Assembly: GCA_041302025.1 (NCBI GenBank)
Contig: JBFYRY010000003.1
Location: forward strand, 1-56,382
DNA: 56,382 nt
From: Chloroflexota bacterium
Lineage (GTDB): Bacteria > Chloroflexota > Anaerolineae > Anaerolineales > Villigracilaceae
Reading direction: 5' to 3'
Part shown: one piece after another, positions 29,878 through 38,393 of the stretch
Layout: each line of letters starts with the position of its first letter
Numbering within the stretch: position 1 is the stretch's first letter
Made by a program: the position numbers and the translations under genes
The notes under the pieces: generated by a model
Seen by the model: only the letters and a program-made list of their open reading frames with translations
Told to the model about the DNA's origin: nothing
Databases searched by the model: none

Positions 29878-30327
29878 TCAGTCGGAGTCAGGCGATTCTG
29901 TTTCATATTGGATGAAATCTTCACGGACAGCGCGAGTTGCTCCAGGCTCGTTTTGACCTTGTTTACTGCGTTTCAAGTATCCGACATATCCATTGATCAA
30001 CTGCGCGAGTTTTTCACCATCCTGCTCAAGAGAGTCGAACAAATCTTTTGGAATGTATTTCAACTCAAAACAAAGGACAAGATGACTTAATGTTTCTTCG
30101 AGTGAACCGCGTGCTGTATAACAAAATCGAATGATTTCTTGGTAATAGAACCGTCCATAGCCTTCCGCGATATTGGCAGGGACACTGCTAGAAGAGCGCC
30201 TCAACTGCTGGTTAAGATTCCACTTTTCTTCAGAAGGAAGTAGCGGTAACACTTCGCGATAAATCCTTAACGAAAATTCTTTTGCCTTCTTCCAAACTTC
30301 AAGTGTTTCCAAACTTTTGATACTCAT
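29878..30327 (-). CDS. Four-helix-bundle protein (23S rRNA intervening-sequence protein family)
   Basis: LEVWKKA...EEKWNL..QLRRS..SVPANIAEGYGR...ARGSLEE. AT-richer than neighbours. Confidence 0.92.
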   Translation of the reverse strand: MSIKSLETLEVWKKAKEFSLRIYREVLPLLPSEEKWNLNQQLRRSSSSVPANIAEGYGRFYYQEIIRFCYTARGSLEETLSHLVLCFELKYIPKDLFDSLEQDGEKLAQLINGYVGYLKRSKQGQNEPGATRAVREDFIQYETESPDSD

Positions 30328-30351
30328 GACTTATTCTCCATAACCACCAAA

Positions 30352-30384
30352 CACGAATCCCAATTCCCGCTTTTACCAATTCCC
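30352..30384. repeat. Heptamer array in opposite orientation (CCCGATT-like), 5' flank of the four-helix-bundle gene
   Basis: cacgaat cccaatt cccgctt ..accaatt ccc; reverse-complement-like to 29843-29870. Confidence 0.55.
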
Positions 30385-31221
30385 ATCCTTCTCATACCCG
30401 AGTTTCACCAGCAAATCCCCCGCCACATCCTTGAATATTTTCTTATGTTCTTCCGTGAAATGTTTCTTCCACTCGCCGGTCTTCCCGGAGCGGAAGGTCG
30501 GGGATCTGGTCGGGTTGATGGAAGATTCGAGGGAATCCATGATCAACTGTCGGGTGGAGGGAAGCGGGGCGCGGGTGAGGAGGTGGTCCATGATGCGGGT
30601 CAGTGCCAAGGCGCGGTCGTGGATCAAGTCTTCGAAATGGATCGCCAGCACTTCGTCATGGTCGAGCCAGCCAAGATACGGAGTGAACCGCGCCGCGATG
30701 TCGGGAAATTCCACGTCCGAATCGGGACGTCCAAGAATGCTGACTTTCAGGCGCGCGTCGAAATCGGGGAGCGACTTGTAATACGTGTGATGGACGTGGC
30801 GCAGTTCCATCTCGGTGACGTAGAAAACATGCGAGACAACGACATCGCGCGGATCGCGGAAGATGAAATAGGGAACGAATTTTTGCGAACACACGCGGGC
30901 AACCGTCCCAGGGCGGGCAAACAGGTGCGCGGACGCCACATCGCGCGGGCGGAGCGCATCGAGCCAGCGGAGGGCTTGTTCAGGTGTGCGCTTGGCTCCG
31001 CTTTCGCCTTCATATTCTGCATAAAAGGAGTGCAGGCGCTTCGCATACGGTGCGACATTGGCAAAACCAAGCAGGATCTGGTCCAGCAGATGTGTACCGC
31101 TCTTGGGAAAGGAGATCCCGAGCAGGACAGGCAGGCTGGCAGGCTGGGATGTAAAACGGACTCGCTGGGCGAGTTTTTCTGTTCGATACAACAGGGAACG
31201 CAGGGATGATTTCACGGTCAT
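30373..31221 (-). CDS. Sulfotransferase domain protein
   Basis: SFPKSGTH, RDPRD..VS, FEDL, FRSG..GEWK. Confidence 0.88.
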   Translation of the reverse strand: MTVKSSLRSLLYRTEKLAQRVRFTSQPASLPVLLGISFPKSGTHLLDQILLGFANVAPYAKRLHSFYAEYEGESGAKRTPEQALRWLDALRPRDVASAHLFARPGTVARVCSQKFVPYFIFRDPRDVVVSHVFYVTEMELRHVHHTYYKSLPDFDARLKVSILGRPDSDVEFPDIAARFTPYLGWLDHDEVLAIHFEDLIHDRALALTRIMDHLLTRAPLPSTRQLIMDSLESSINPTRSPTFRSGKTGEWKKHFTEEHKKIFKDVAGDLLVKLGYEKDGNW

Positions 31222-31272
31222 GCGTCTATTTTACACGGAAGAGGCGATGAAAATCGGAGTACAATCGGAATC

Positions 31273-31881
31273 ATGGACGGAAAAACTGCAACCACCATCT
31301 TCAACACTCCCATTCTCAGTTTCATTTTTCATATCCTTGCCCGGTTCATCATATGGATTCTCGGCTGGCGCGTGGAGGGGAAACTGCCCGACTTGCCAAA
31401 GTACATTCTGATCGGTGCGCCTCACACCTCCAATTGGGACTTTGTCCTGTTCCTCGGCTTGATCTTCACGTTGAGGGCGAACGTCAGGTTCATGGGCAAA
31501 GCGGAGTTGTTCCGCTTCCCCATCGGCTGGTTCTTCCGCTATTGCGGAGGCATTCCCGTGGACCGGAAAAAATCCACGGGTCTGGTCGAGCAGATGGTGG
31601 ATGCCTGCAACAAGGCGGACAAGTTCGTCCTGACCATCGCTCCCGAAGGGACGCGTCATTACGTGACGGACTGGAAACGCGGCTTTTATCACATCGCCAA
31701 AGACGCGGGGATTCCCATCGCGATGGCGCAGGTGGATGGCAGACATAAGGCTGTCCGCATTGTTGAGCAGGTGTTTCATCTCACCGATGATATCGAGGCG
31801 GATATGAAAGCGATCAAGGGAGTGTTTGACGGGGTTGTAGGGATCAAGCCGCGAAGGAAGTATATAACGCTGGAGGGTTAA
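31273..31881 (+). CDS. Lysophospholipid acyltransferase (PlsC-like)
   Basis: PHTSNWD, GGIPVDR, APEGTR. Confidence 0.9.
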   Translation: MDGKTATTIFNTPILSFIFHILARFIIWILGWRVEGKLPDLPKYILIGAPHTSNWDFVLFLGLIFTLRANVRFMGKAELFRFPIGWFFRYCGGIPVDRKKSTGLVEQMVDACNKADKFVLTIAPEGTRHYVTDWKRGFYHIAKDAGIPIAMAQVDGRHKAVRIVEQVFHLTDDIEADMKAIKGVFDGVVGIKPRRKYITLEG

Positions 31882-31987
31882 TTGGTTATTGGACAATGAA
31901 TTACATCATTCCGCAGGCTGGATTTGAAGTTTCAAGACCTTCGACAAAACCTGCGGGATGTTTTTAAGCGGTAAATAAAAGGAATAA

Positions 31988-33865
31988 ATGAGCATCAGCC
32001 GCAAACTCCAATATGCTGACAGGGTGGCCCTGCAACAGGCGGACCAAGCCATCCGCAAGGATGTTTTGCGCGCGCTGGTCGAGATCATCACCAACAGCAA
32101 CGACAGCTACTCCCGCCTCGAGGATTCGGGCAAATCCGCCAGCGGTGAGATCATCATTGATATCTGGAGAAAGCACAAGAACTCCGTTATCCGCGTCCGT
32201 GACTTTGCCGAGGGAATGGATGATGCCCGCATGGACAAGGTCGTCGGCACATATGGCGAAGCGACCAGCGGCTTGAAAGAAGACTTGCACGTGCGCGGCA
32301 TGTGGGGGCGTGGACTCAAAGACGCCATCTTCGGTCTGGGATATGGGTATGTCAATTCGATCCGAAACGAAACACTCTATCGCAGTTCGCTCCTCCTCAA
32401 AGAAGGTGTCCCAACGTTCGAACTGGATGAACCCATCCCAGCTACTGATGAACTCAGAGAGGAGTATGGGATCCCTGAAGACAACGGGACTGTGATCGAG
32501 ATCATCGTTTCGCGTGAAGATATCAAGATGCCGCGCTTCGAGAACCTCCGCAATTACCTGCAACGGCATTTCGAACTTCGCACCATCATGGCGAATCAGT
32601 CACGGCTTATCATCCTGCGCAATCTCGCGGGCGAAGATAAGGTCAAGGATGAGTACGTGCTTTCCTACAAACCACCCAGGGGTGAAAAGATCCTCGATGA
32701 ACAGTTCGAGATCGAAGGTTACCCCGCTTCTGCCCGCCTGCAACTCTTGCGCTCCAACATCCAACTCTCCACGCGCGGCGAAGAAGGGGATTATGCCGAT
32801 GCGGGTCTGCTCGTCATCAGCCAGGGCACGGTCATATCGCTGACCATGCTCAAATTCGAGAACGACCCGTATGCATCCTTTTTCTACGGCTCGCTCGAAT
32901 GCGATTACCTCCACGACCTCCTCAAGAACGATGAGCCTGTCCTTACCGCCACGCGCGACGGCATCAACTGGTCCCTGCCGTTTGCCAGGGCGTTGAAGCA
33001 GGCTGTTGAAACTCGAATCGAGCCTCTCGTCCAGGTTGAACGTGAGCACGCCATCCAGGATGAGCAGATCAAGCTAGATAAGCAACTGCGCAGGAAACTC
33101 GACAAGACCGTCCGTGAATTGAATGTGATCGCATCTTCGGAATTAAGTGAAAGGCGTGGGATATCGGATGGAAAACAAGAGCCGCCTCCCTCTGGACTTG
33201 AGTTTGCTCCCGTCCGAATTTACGTTCAAACGGGACAGCAGGCCGCACTTACTTTAAGAGCGCATCTCTCCGAAAAGATTCACAACGGTGCGACGGTCTT
33301 TGTCGTGTCGAACAACCCCGAAGTGGATGTGTTGACTCCCAAGGTGCAAGTCAACGTGTCGAAAGAGCATCCTGAAATTGGCATTGCAAAAATTCAAGTG
33401 GAGGGAAAGCAGGTTGGCAATGAAGGTGTGGTGACAGCTTATTTGGGCGATCAAAAGGCGCAGGCGGTTGTGCAGGTTCGGTCGAGGAAAGAGACGGTCG
33501 AGGATACACAACCCAAAAAACATCACGGACTCTTTACCGACATCCGCTTCGACGACCGCATGGACCCGCGTCAGCGTGTGTATTTGGATCGAGTCAACTC
33601 AAGTGTCGTCATTGCCACTGCCGCTCCATCAGTCAAACGCTATCTCGATGGGCAACATCGTCTCGACACCTCCGCGCAGGGACAAGTCCTGCTCGCCGAA
33701 TTGATCACCGAAGCCGTCTGCCGCGAGATCGCCCGTCAAGGCGTCGAAAGCGGAAAATTCCTCGCCCCCGAAGGCTCCGAAGCGGATGCAGTCCAAAGTC
33801 ACTTTATTCGATTACAAAATCGCTACGCCCATTTGATCCATGATGTGATCGTGACGAAGGAATAA
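31988..33865 (+). CDS. GHKL (Hsp90/MORC-like) ATPase of unknown function
   Basis: LVEIITNSNDS (N-box), RDFAEGM (G1), RGMWGRGLK (G2), GTVIEI; then a coiled coil and a beta-rich C-terminal region. SD AAGGA. Confidence 0.8.
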   Translation: MSISRKLQYADRVALQQADQAIRKDVLRALVEIITNSNDSYSRLEDSGKSASGEIIIDIWRKHKNSVIRVRDFAEGMDDARMDKVVGTYGEATSGLKEDLHVRGMWGRGLKDAIFGLGYGYVNSIRNETLYRSSLLLKEGVPTFELDEPIPATDELREEYGIPEDNGTVIEIIVSREDIKMPRFENLRNYLQRHFELRTIMANQSRLIILRNLAGEDKVKDEYVLSYKPPRGEKILDEQFEIEGYPASARLQLLRSNIQLSTRGEEGDYADAGLLVISQGTVISLTMLKFENDPYASFFYGSLECDYLHDLLKNDEPVLTATRDGINWSLPFARALKQAVETRIEPLVQVEREHAIQDEQIKLDKQLRRKLDKTVRELNVIASSELSERRGISDGKQEPPPSGLEFAPVRIYVQTGQQAALTLRAHLSEKIHNGATVFVVSNNPEVDVLTPKVQVNVSKEHPEIGIAKIQVEGKQVGNEGVVTAYLGDQKAQAVVQVRSRKETVEDTQPKKHHGLFTDIRFDDRMDPRQRVYLDRVNSSVVIATAAPSVKRYLDGQHRLDTSAQGQVLLAELITEAVCREIARQGVESGKFLAPEGSEADAVQSHFIRLQNRYAHLIHDVIVTKE

Positions 33866-33871
33866 CGGGTA

Positions 33872-33951
33872 TGTCATTCTGAGTGGCGCCTCGCGCCACG
33901 AAGAATCTCTACGATAATCTTCGAGACCCTTCGCTGTCGCTCAGGGTGACA
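33872..33951. repeat. REP/RPE-like cruciform repeat, family A, copy 1
   Basis: TGTCATTCTGAG...CGAAGAATCTC...GAGACCCTTCG...CTCAGGGTGACA. Confidence 0.8.
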
Positions 33952-33964
33952 TGCCTATGGCATG

Positions 33965-34399
33965 TCACTTCACCGTCAACCAAACCCCAAACAGCACAAC
34001 CGCCAACCCAATACCCCGCGTCAAATCCAATGGGCGGATGGATGCGCCCAGCCATCCATATTGATCGAGAATTGACCCGACCAAAAGTTGACCCGCGACA
34101 ACCGTAATAATGGACGCGGCGACCCCCACGCGTGGAATCATATAACTGATCGCCGCAATGACGACCAAGCCGAATATTCCCGCTCCAAGCGTATACCACG
34201 GCACGCTCCGCCACTGGCTCAACTTACTGCCATAGATCAACATAGGTATCAACGCAACGATCGCCCCGCCAACGTGGACGATGAACACGCTTTCGAAGAC
34301 TCCGAGTCGCTGTGTGATCATGCTTGCCATCGGGCTTTGCAATCCCACCGCCACGCCCCCCGCCATACCGATAAGAATGATGAGGATGATCGTTTCCAT
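33965..34399 (-). CDS. DMT superfamily small transporter (YdcZ/DUF606-like)
   Basis: Start ATG 34399. GLQS, PWY..GAG..G, GQL..IDQYG. Confidence 0.85.
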   Translation of the reverse strand: METIILIILIGMAGGVAVGLQSPMASMITQRLGVFESVFIVHVGGAIVALIPMLIYGSKLSQWRSVPWYTLGAGIFGLVVIAAISYMIPRVGVAASIITVVAGQLLVGSILDQYGWLGASIRPLDLTRGIGLAVVLFGVWLTVK

Positions 34400-34445
34400 G
34401 AGTTTGTCCTTTGGGTTTTGGTTGATGATACTTGATTTCGGTAAC

Positions 34446-34476
34446 AAAAAATCCGAAGCCGAAACTTCGGATTTTT
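34446..34476. terminator. Rho-independent terminator after groES
   Basis: AAAAATCCGAAG-ccgaaa-CTTCGGATTTTT. Confidence 0.85.
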
Positions 34477-34499
34477 GAAAACAGGGTCGCCCCTGCGAT

Positions 34500-34778
34500 T
34501 TAATTCAGGAACTTCGCCAGAACGTCGTTGGCTTCCAGCAGTAGATATTCGTTCCCATCCATTTTGAATTCGGTGCCGCTGTACTTGGCGAACAGGACCT
34601 TGTCATTGACCTTCAGCTTGATGTCTTCATCATCACCGACCGCAACAACGAGACCAGTCTGTGGTTTTTCCTTGGCGGTCTCAGGCAGGAGCAGACCAGA
34701 CGCAGTCTTGCTTTCCTGTTCGAGTGGTTGGATGAGCACACGCGTACCCATCGGTTGCAGATTGAGTTTTTTAGCCAT
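34500..34778 (-). CDS. groES: Co-chaperonin GroES
   Basis: PMGTRVLI, KTASGLLLPETAKEKPQTG.VVAVG, KYSGTE. SD GGAGG before ATG 34778. Confidence 0.95.
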   Translation of the reverse strand: MAKKLNLQPMGTRVLIQPLEQESKTASGLLLPETAKEKPQTGLVVAVGDDEDIKLKVNDKVLFAKYSGTEFKMDGNEYLLLEANDVLAKFLN

Positions 34779-34793
34779 TGCTACCTCCAAAAA

Positions 34794-35045
34794 TTAGATA
34801 CCAAGATATTTGTTGATCTTCACGCGGTCGAAACCGACCACGATCTTTCCACCGATGTCAATGACGGGCACGCCCTGTTGACCGGAGCGGCGCACCATGT
34901 CGCGCGCCGCGGCTGGGTCCTTGCTGACGTCCACGTCGTTGAACTTGATTCCCTTTTCATGGAAATACTTCTTTGCCATGTTGCAAAAGGAACAAGTCGG
35001 GGTACTGAATACGATCACACGGGGTTGGGGTTTTGTTTCTGCCAT
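34794..35045 (-). CDS. Glutaredoxin-like protein (NrdH/YruB type)
   Basis: TPTCSFC, SGQQGVPVI, VGFD. Confidence 0.92.
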   Translation of the reverse strand: MAETKPQPRVIVFSTPTCSFCNMAKKYFHEKGIKFNDVDVSKDPAAARDMVRRSGQQGVPVIDIGGKIVVGFDRVKINKYLGI

Positions 35046-35066
35046 TCGTACCTCTAATAATCACCA

Positions 35067-35149
35067 TGTCACTCTGAGGGAGTGTTCTTCGCGACCGAAG
35101 AGTCTCGTACTTCGATTGGAGGAGATCCTTCGCTTCGCTCAGGATGACA
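35067..35149. repeat. REP/RPE-like cruciform repeat, family A, copy 2
   Basis: TGTCACTCTGAG...CGAAGAGTCTC...GAGATCCTTCG...CTCAGGATGACA. Confidence 0.8.
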
Positions 35150-35164
35150 TGACTGAGTAGACTT

Positions 35165-35749
35165 TTAGTTGTTCTCCGCGATCAACGGCGTGACATACTT
35201 CTCGAGCATTGCCATGCTGATCTCACCCGTCCACGCATAGCGGACGGTCCCTGTGCGGTCGATCACGTACGAGTTGGGGAGTGTCCCGTTTCTAAATGCA
35301 TTCAAGGACGCGCCATCTGGGTCGAGCCAGACGGGAAAGCTCATTCCAAAACTTTTTACGAAAGGCGATACGGTTTCCAGAGGCTCGCCTGCTTCCACAG
35401 CGATGACCGAGAAACCGTCAACGTTGTGTTCATTGTGATATGCCACAAGGGTCGGCATCTCTGCCTTGCAAGGCGGACACCACGTTGCCCAATTGTTGAC
35501 CAAAATAACGCTGCCGAGATAATCCGTCAACGATTCGGTTTCGCCTTTGATGTTTTGCAGGGACAACTCTGGCGCGGCGTAATTGACATCCATCGGCACG
35601 ACAGAGTTCGATGATTCCGCGTTGCCTTCCGTTTTGGGTGAAGCCAGCGCCAAAACAGCAAAGACGACCAGCAGTCCTCCGATTGCTACGGGGAGAACGG
35701 GAAATTGTTTCTTTTGTTTGCGGCGATATTTCTTCTTTGACTTTGTCAT
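35165..35749 (-). CDS. TlpA/ResA family thiol-disulfide oxidoreductase
   Basis: Start ATG 35749. N-terminal anchor, WATWCPPCKAEMP. Confidence 0.9.
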   Translation of the reverse strand: MTKSKKKYRRKQKKQFPVLPVAIGGLLVVFAVLALASPKTEGNAESSNSVVPMDVNYAAPELSLQNIKGETESLTDYLGSVILVNNWATWCPPCKAEMPTLVAYHNEHNVDGFSVIAVEAGEPLETVSPFVKSFGMSFPVWLDPDGASLNAFRNGTLPNSYVIDRTGTVRYAWTGEISMAMLEKYVTPLIAENN

Positions 35750-35767
35750 TGCAACGCCTTGAATGTT

Positions 35768-35815
35768 GGACACGGAAGACACGGATTCTCCGTGCCTTCC
35801 GTGTAATCCGTGCCC
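35768..35815. repeat. Inverted nonamer array (CACGGA/TCCGTG family)
   Basis: ggacacgga agacacgga ttc tccgtgcct tccgtgtaa tccgtgccc; relatives at 40688-40712 and 54398-54488. Confidence 0.7.
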
Positions 35816-35820
35816 CAATA

Positions 35821-36489
35821 TTAATTCTGTAATGCGCGCATGATCTCTGCGACTAAATTCTGCTCAGGAACTGCACCCACGACCATGCCCTTGCCCGCGT
35901 TGATGACGGTCTGCGGTACGCCGCGGACATTGAAGCGGTTCGCCAGTTCAGGGAACTCGGTCGCTTCGACACCTTCGGCAATGATCATCTGCGGGTTTTC
36001 CATCGCCATCTGATGCGCGAGCAACACTGCACGCGGACAATACGGACAGGTCGGCGTGACGAATACCTGCAAGTGCAGTGGCTGTGTGAGATTCTTTAGG
36101 AACTCGCGAGTCTTTTCATCAAGCCCAGATTCGCGCTTGGACACGATCAAAATGTCGTTGATGAGTGTGCTGAATTCATGACCCGACGGAATGCCAGAGA
36201 ACTGGATGCCGAGATTCGTCACTTCCGCGTTGTCTTTTGCGGCGATGACGATACCAGGTGCGTTGGTCACCTTGAACTGGCTGGCGACATCCGCGTTTTC
36301 CTGCATGTCGTACACGCTCAATTCGAGTTTGTCGTTGAGTGAAGTTACTTCTTCGAGTAGTTGCCTGGCTTCATTGCAGTAATCACAGTTGTCCTTCGAA
36401 CCGAAGAACAATACCTGCACAGGTTCCTGAATCCCTTCAAAAACTTCGTTGATCTGCTTGACGATCTGGTCGTTGAGAACTTTTTCCAT
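35821..36489 (-). CDS. Protein disulfide oxidoreductase (two thioredoxin folds; PDO/AhpF-N-like)
   Basis: CDYC and CPYC motifs, GIPSGHEF, VRGVPQT. Confidence 0.9.
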   Translation of the reverse strand: MEKVLNDQIVKQINEVFEGIQEPVQVLFFGSKDNCDYCNEARQLLEEVTSLNDKLELSVYDMQENADVASQFKVTNAPGIVIAAKDNAEVTNLGIQFSGIPSGHEFSTLINDILIVSKRESGLDEKTREFLKNLTQPLHLQVFVTPTCPYCPRAVLLAHQMAMENPQMIIAEGVEATEFPELANRFNVRGVPQTVINAGKGMVVGAVPEQNLVAEIMRALQN

Positions 36490-36541
36490 CGTGGGTTATT
36501 CCTATCCTATCTACCTATAAGAGCTTATTCTGTTGCCGATA

Positions 36542-36934
36542 TTACGCAACTTCAACTTTGGTGGTCGTGATATCGAACTGCGGCGGATTCTCAAGGTGCT
36601 TCTTCACCGCACACAATTCCGCAGAGCGAATGAGCGAATCGCGGTATTTGTCGGGGAAATTGCTGGGAACTTGGATCTCCAAGTCGATCTTTTCCACCAT
36701 GCCGCTGAAGGGATTGCTATTGATACGCTGCACGATCTGGATCCCATCGGTCGGGATGCCACGTTGACGGCAGAAGCCCAAAACGTAGATGCCCGCGCAG
36801 GTTCCAATCGATGAGAGGAAAACTGCGAAAGGCGTGGGTGCGGAGGAGGCGGGGGGTTGGTCAGTGGGAACGGTGAAGCCGCCGAAGTGGGCATCCACGC
36901 GGGAACCGCCTGGGAAGTCGATGATCATTTCCAT
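36542..36934 (-). CDS. OsmC family protein
   Basis: TDQP..APTP, SIGTCAG, CAVKKHL. Confidence 0.88.
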   Translation of the reverse strand: MEMIIDFPGGSRVDAHFGGFTVPTDQPPASSAPTPFAVFLSSIGTCAGIYVLGFCRQRGIPTDGIQIVQRINSNPFSGMVEKIDLEIQVPSNFPDKYRDSLIRSAELCAVKKHLENPPQFDITTTKVEVA

Positions 36935-36962
36935 GTGATTTGTTACTCCTTGTTGTTTTCTA

Positions 36963-37042
36963 TGTCACTCTGAGGGAGCGCTTGTTGCGACCGAAGAGTC
37001 TCGCTCTTTGAAGTGGAGATCCTTCGCTCCGCTCAGGATGAC
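36963..37042. repeat. REP/RPE-like cruciform repeat, family A, copy 3
   Basis: Arms nearly identical to 35067-35149. Confidence 0.8.
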
Positions 37043-37068
37043 TAAATATTTATTACTACCACCCATTG

Positions 37069-37094
37069 GATGCACAAAGGACAGAAAAGTTGCA
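37069..37094 (-). promoter_or_regulatory. Putative ECF promoter for the osmC-redox-groES operon
   Basis: Minus strand TGCAACTTTT-N11-GCATC. Confidence 0.75.
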
Positions 37095-37139
37095 GAATTC
37101 ACGAAACGGGATGTATACTTTGCAAACTTGAAAATACTG

Positions 37140-37292
37140 GTGGTCGAGTGCAGAAGGCGTACACCTGCACCCACCGCAGGTGCGGTGTCGAGACCACCAG
37201 TAAGCAAAGCGATTTTGGTTGTCTGGTGATGTCAATGTAGGCGGCGCTTCGACTGCGTTCCTCGCTACCGCTCGTCACTCCGCTCAGCGCGG
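37140..37292. repeat. Cluster of REP-like palindromes
   Basis: TGGTGGTCGAG...GTCGAGACCACCA and GCGCTTCGACT...CGCTCAGCGC hairpins between the divergent ECF promoters. Confidence 0.5.
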
Positions 37293-37304
37293 AGATATTC
37301 TTCT

Positions 37305-37330
37305 TGCAACTTTTTATCAGGAACAGCATC
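37305..37330 (+). promoter_or_regulatory. Putative autoregulatory ECF promoter
   Basis: TGCAACTTTT-N11-GCATC directly upstream of the sigma gene. Confidence 0.75.
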
Positions 37331-37344
37331 TAATGAATAACACC

Positions 37345-37941
37345 ATGCCGAACGAAATTTCACTGGAAGCGCTCATCGCTGGAGACCGTGCAGAGTTCGC
37401 GCGTCTGGTGGATGAGTATTCCAGTCCCATTTATCGGCTCGGCTTGCGCATGCTCGGCAACCCTCAGGACGCGGAAGACGTTCTTCAGAACACGTTCATC
37501 AACGCGCTCACGCACATCCAAAACTTCGAAGGTCGCTCCAGCCTGGCGACATGGCTCTACCGCATCGCATCGAACGAAGCGCTGATGTTGATCCGCAAGA
37601 AGAGACCAGAAGTTAACCTGGATGATGTCGAGGGCGGGGATGAGGCTGAAGATCTGAAACCAGCCCAATTTGTCGATTGGAGCGGGCTTCCAGAGAATGA
37701 ATTGCTTTCGGGCGAGGGTAAAAATTTCCTCGATGAGGCGATCCACACGTTGCCCGAATCCCTGCGCCTTGTCTTTTTGTTGCGCGATGTCGAAGGCTTA
37801 TCCATCAAGGAAACTGCCGACGCGTTGAACCTGAGCGAGACCAATGTCAAGACCCGTTTGTTGCGCGCGCGTGTTTATCTGCGCGAGAAGTTGTCCGTTT
37901 ATTATGGTGAGCGTTTACCTGTAAGGAGCGAGAATGAGTGA
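37345..37941 (+). CDS. ECF RNA polymerase sigma factor
   Basis: DAEDVLQNTF, FEGRSSLATWLYRIASN, region 4 LRDVEGLS..ETA..L..SETNVKTRLLRAR. Start is ATG 37345 or 37333. Confidence 0.93.
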   Translation: MPNEISLEALIAGDRAEFARLVDEYSSPIYRLGLRMLGNPQDAEDVLQNTFINALTHIQNFEGRSSLATWLYRIASNEALMLIRKKRPEVNLDDVEGGDEAEDLKPAQFVDWSGLPENELLSGEGKNFLDEAIHTLPESLRLVFLLRDVEGLSIKETADALNLSETNVKTRLLRARVYLREKLSVYYGERLPVRSENE

Positions 37942-38200
37942 ACATCCCCACAAGAATTGTAGAGAGTTATTGGGGTCGTTGTCCTCATACATCGATGGCG
38001 ACCTTAGCCCCGAACTTTGTGAGGAACTTGAAAAACACCTTGCAGGATGCACGGATTGTCAGGTTGTTTTAAACACCACCAAGCGGACGATTGATCTCGT
38101 ACATTCCCCACTCGAAAAACCCGACCTCCCCGATGAGGTGCGTGAACGCCTCTTCAAACGCCTCAATCTGGATAGCTACCTGACTCCAAAGCCTAAATAG
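37934..38200 (+). CDS. Zinc-finger (ZAS/zf-HC2) anti-sigma factor, soluble
   Basis: C...LSSYIDGDL....HLAGCTDC (HxxxCxxC); overlaps the sigma stop; no TM segment. Confidence 0.9.
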   Translation: MSEHPHKNCRELLGSLSSYIDGDLSPELCEELEKHLAGCTDCQVVLNTTKRTIDLVHSPLEKPDLPDEVRERLFKRLNLDSYLTPKPK

Positions 38201-38219
38201 TTTTCTCCCCCGATTCATT

Positions 38220-38250
38220 GTAGGTCAGGCTTTCAGCCTGACTTTTTCTT
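38220..38250 (+). terminator. Terminator of the ECF operon (GTAG-type REP-like hairpin)
   Basis: GTAG-GTCAGGCT-ttc-AGCCTGAC-TTTTT. Confidence 0.75.
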
Positions 38251-38291
38251 TTAATTTATGGATTGCGGAGCACTAGAACCTGTCCTAAAAA

Positions 38292-38373
38292 TGTCATTCT
38301 GAGCGTAGCGAAGGATCTTTACTTTTGAAGTAAGCGATCCTTCGGCCGCCAAGAGCGCTCCCTCAGGGCGACA
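38292..38373. repeat. REP/RPE-like cruciform repeat, family A, copy 4 (inverted relative to copy 3)
   Basis: Reverse complement reads TGTCGCCCTGAGGGAGCGCT...CGAAG...AGATCCTTCGCTACGCTCAGAATGACA. Confidence 0.8.
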
Positions 38374-38393
38374 TAGTATGTTTGAGATGACTT

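Noticed and set aside
29878-30327. Diversity-generating retroelement (Avd-like gene)
   Set aside because: No reverse transcriptase and no TR/VR repeat pair recognised in the window.
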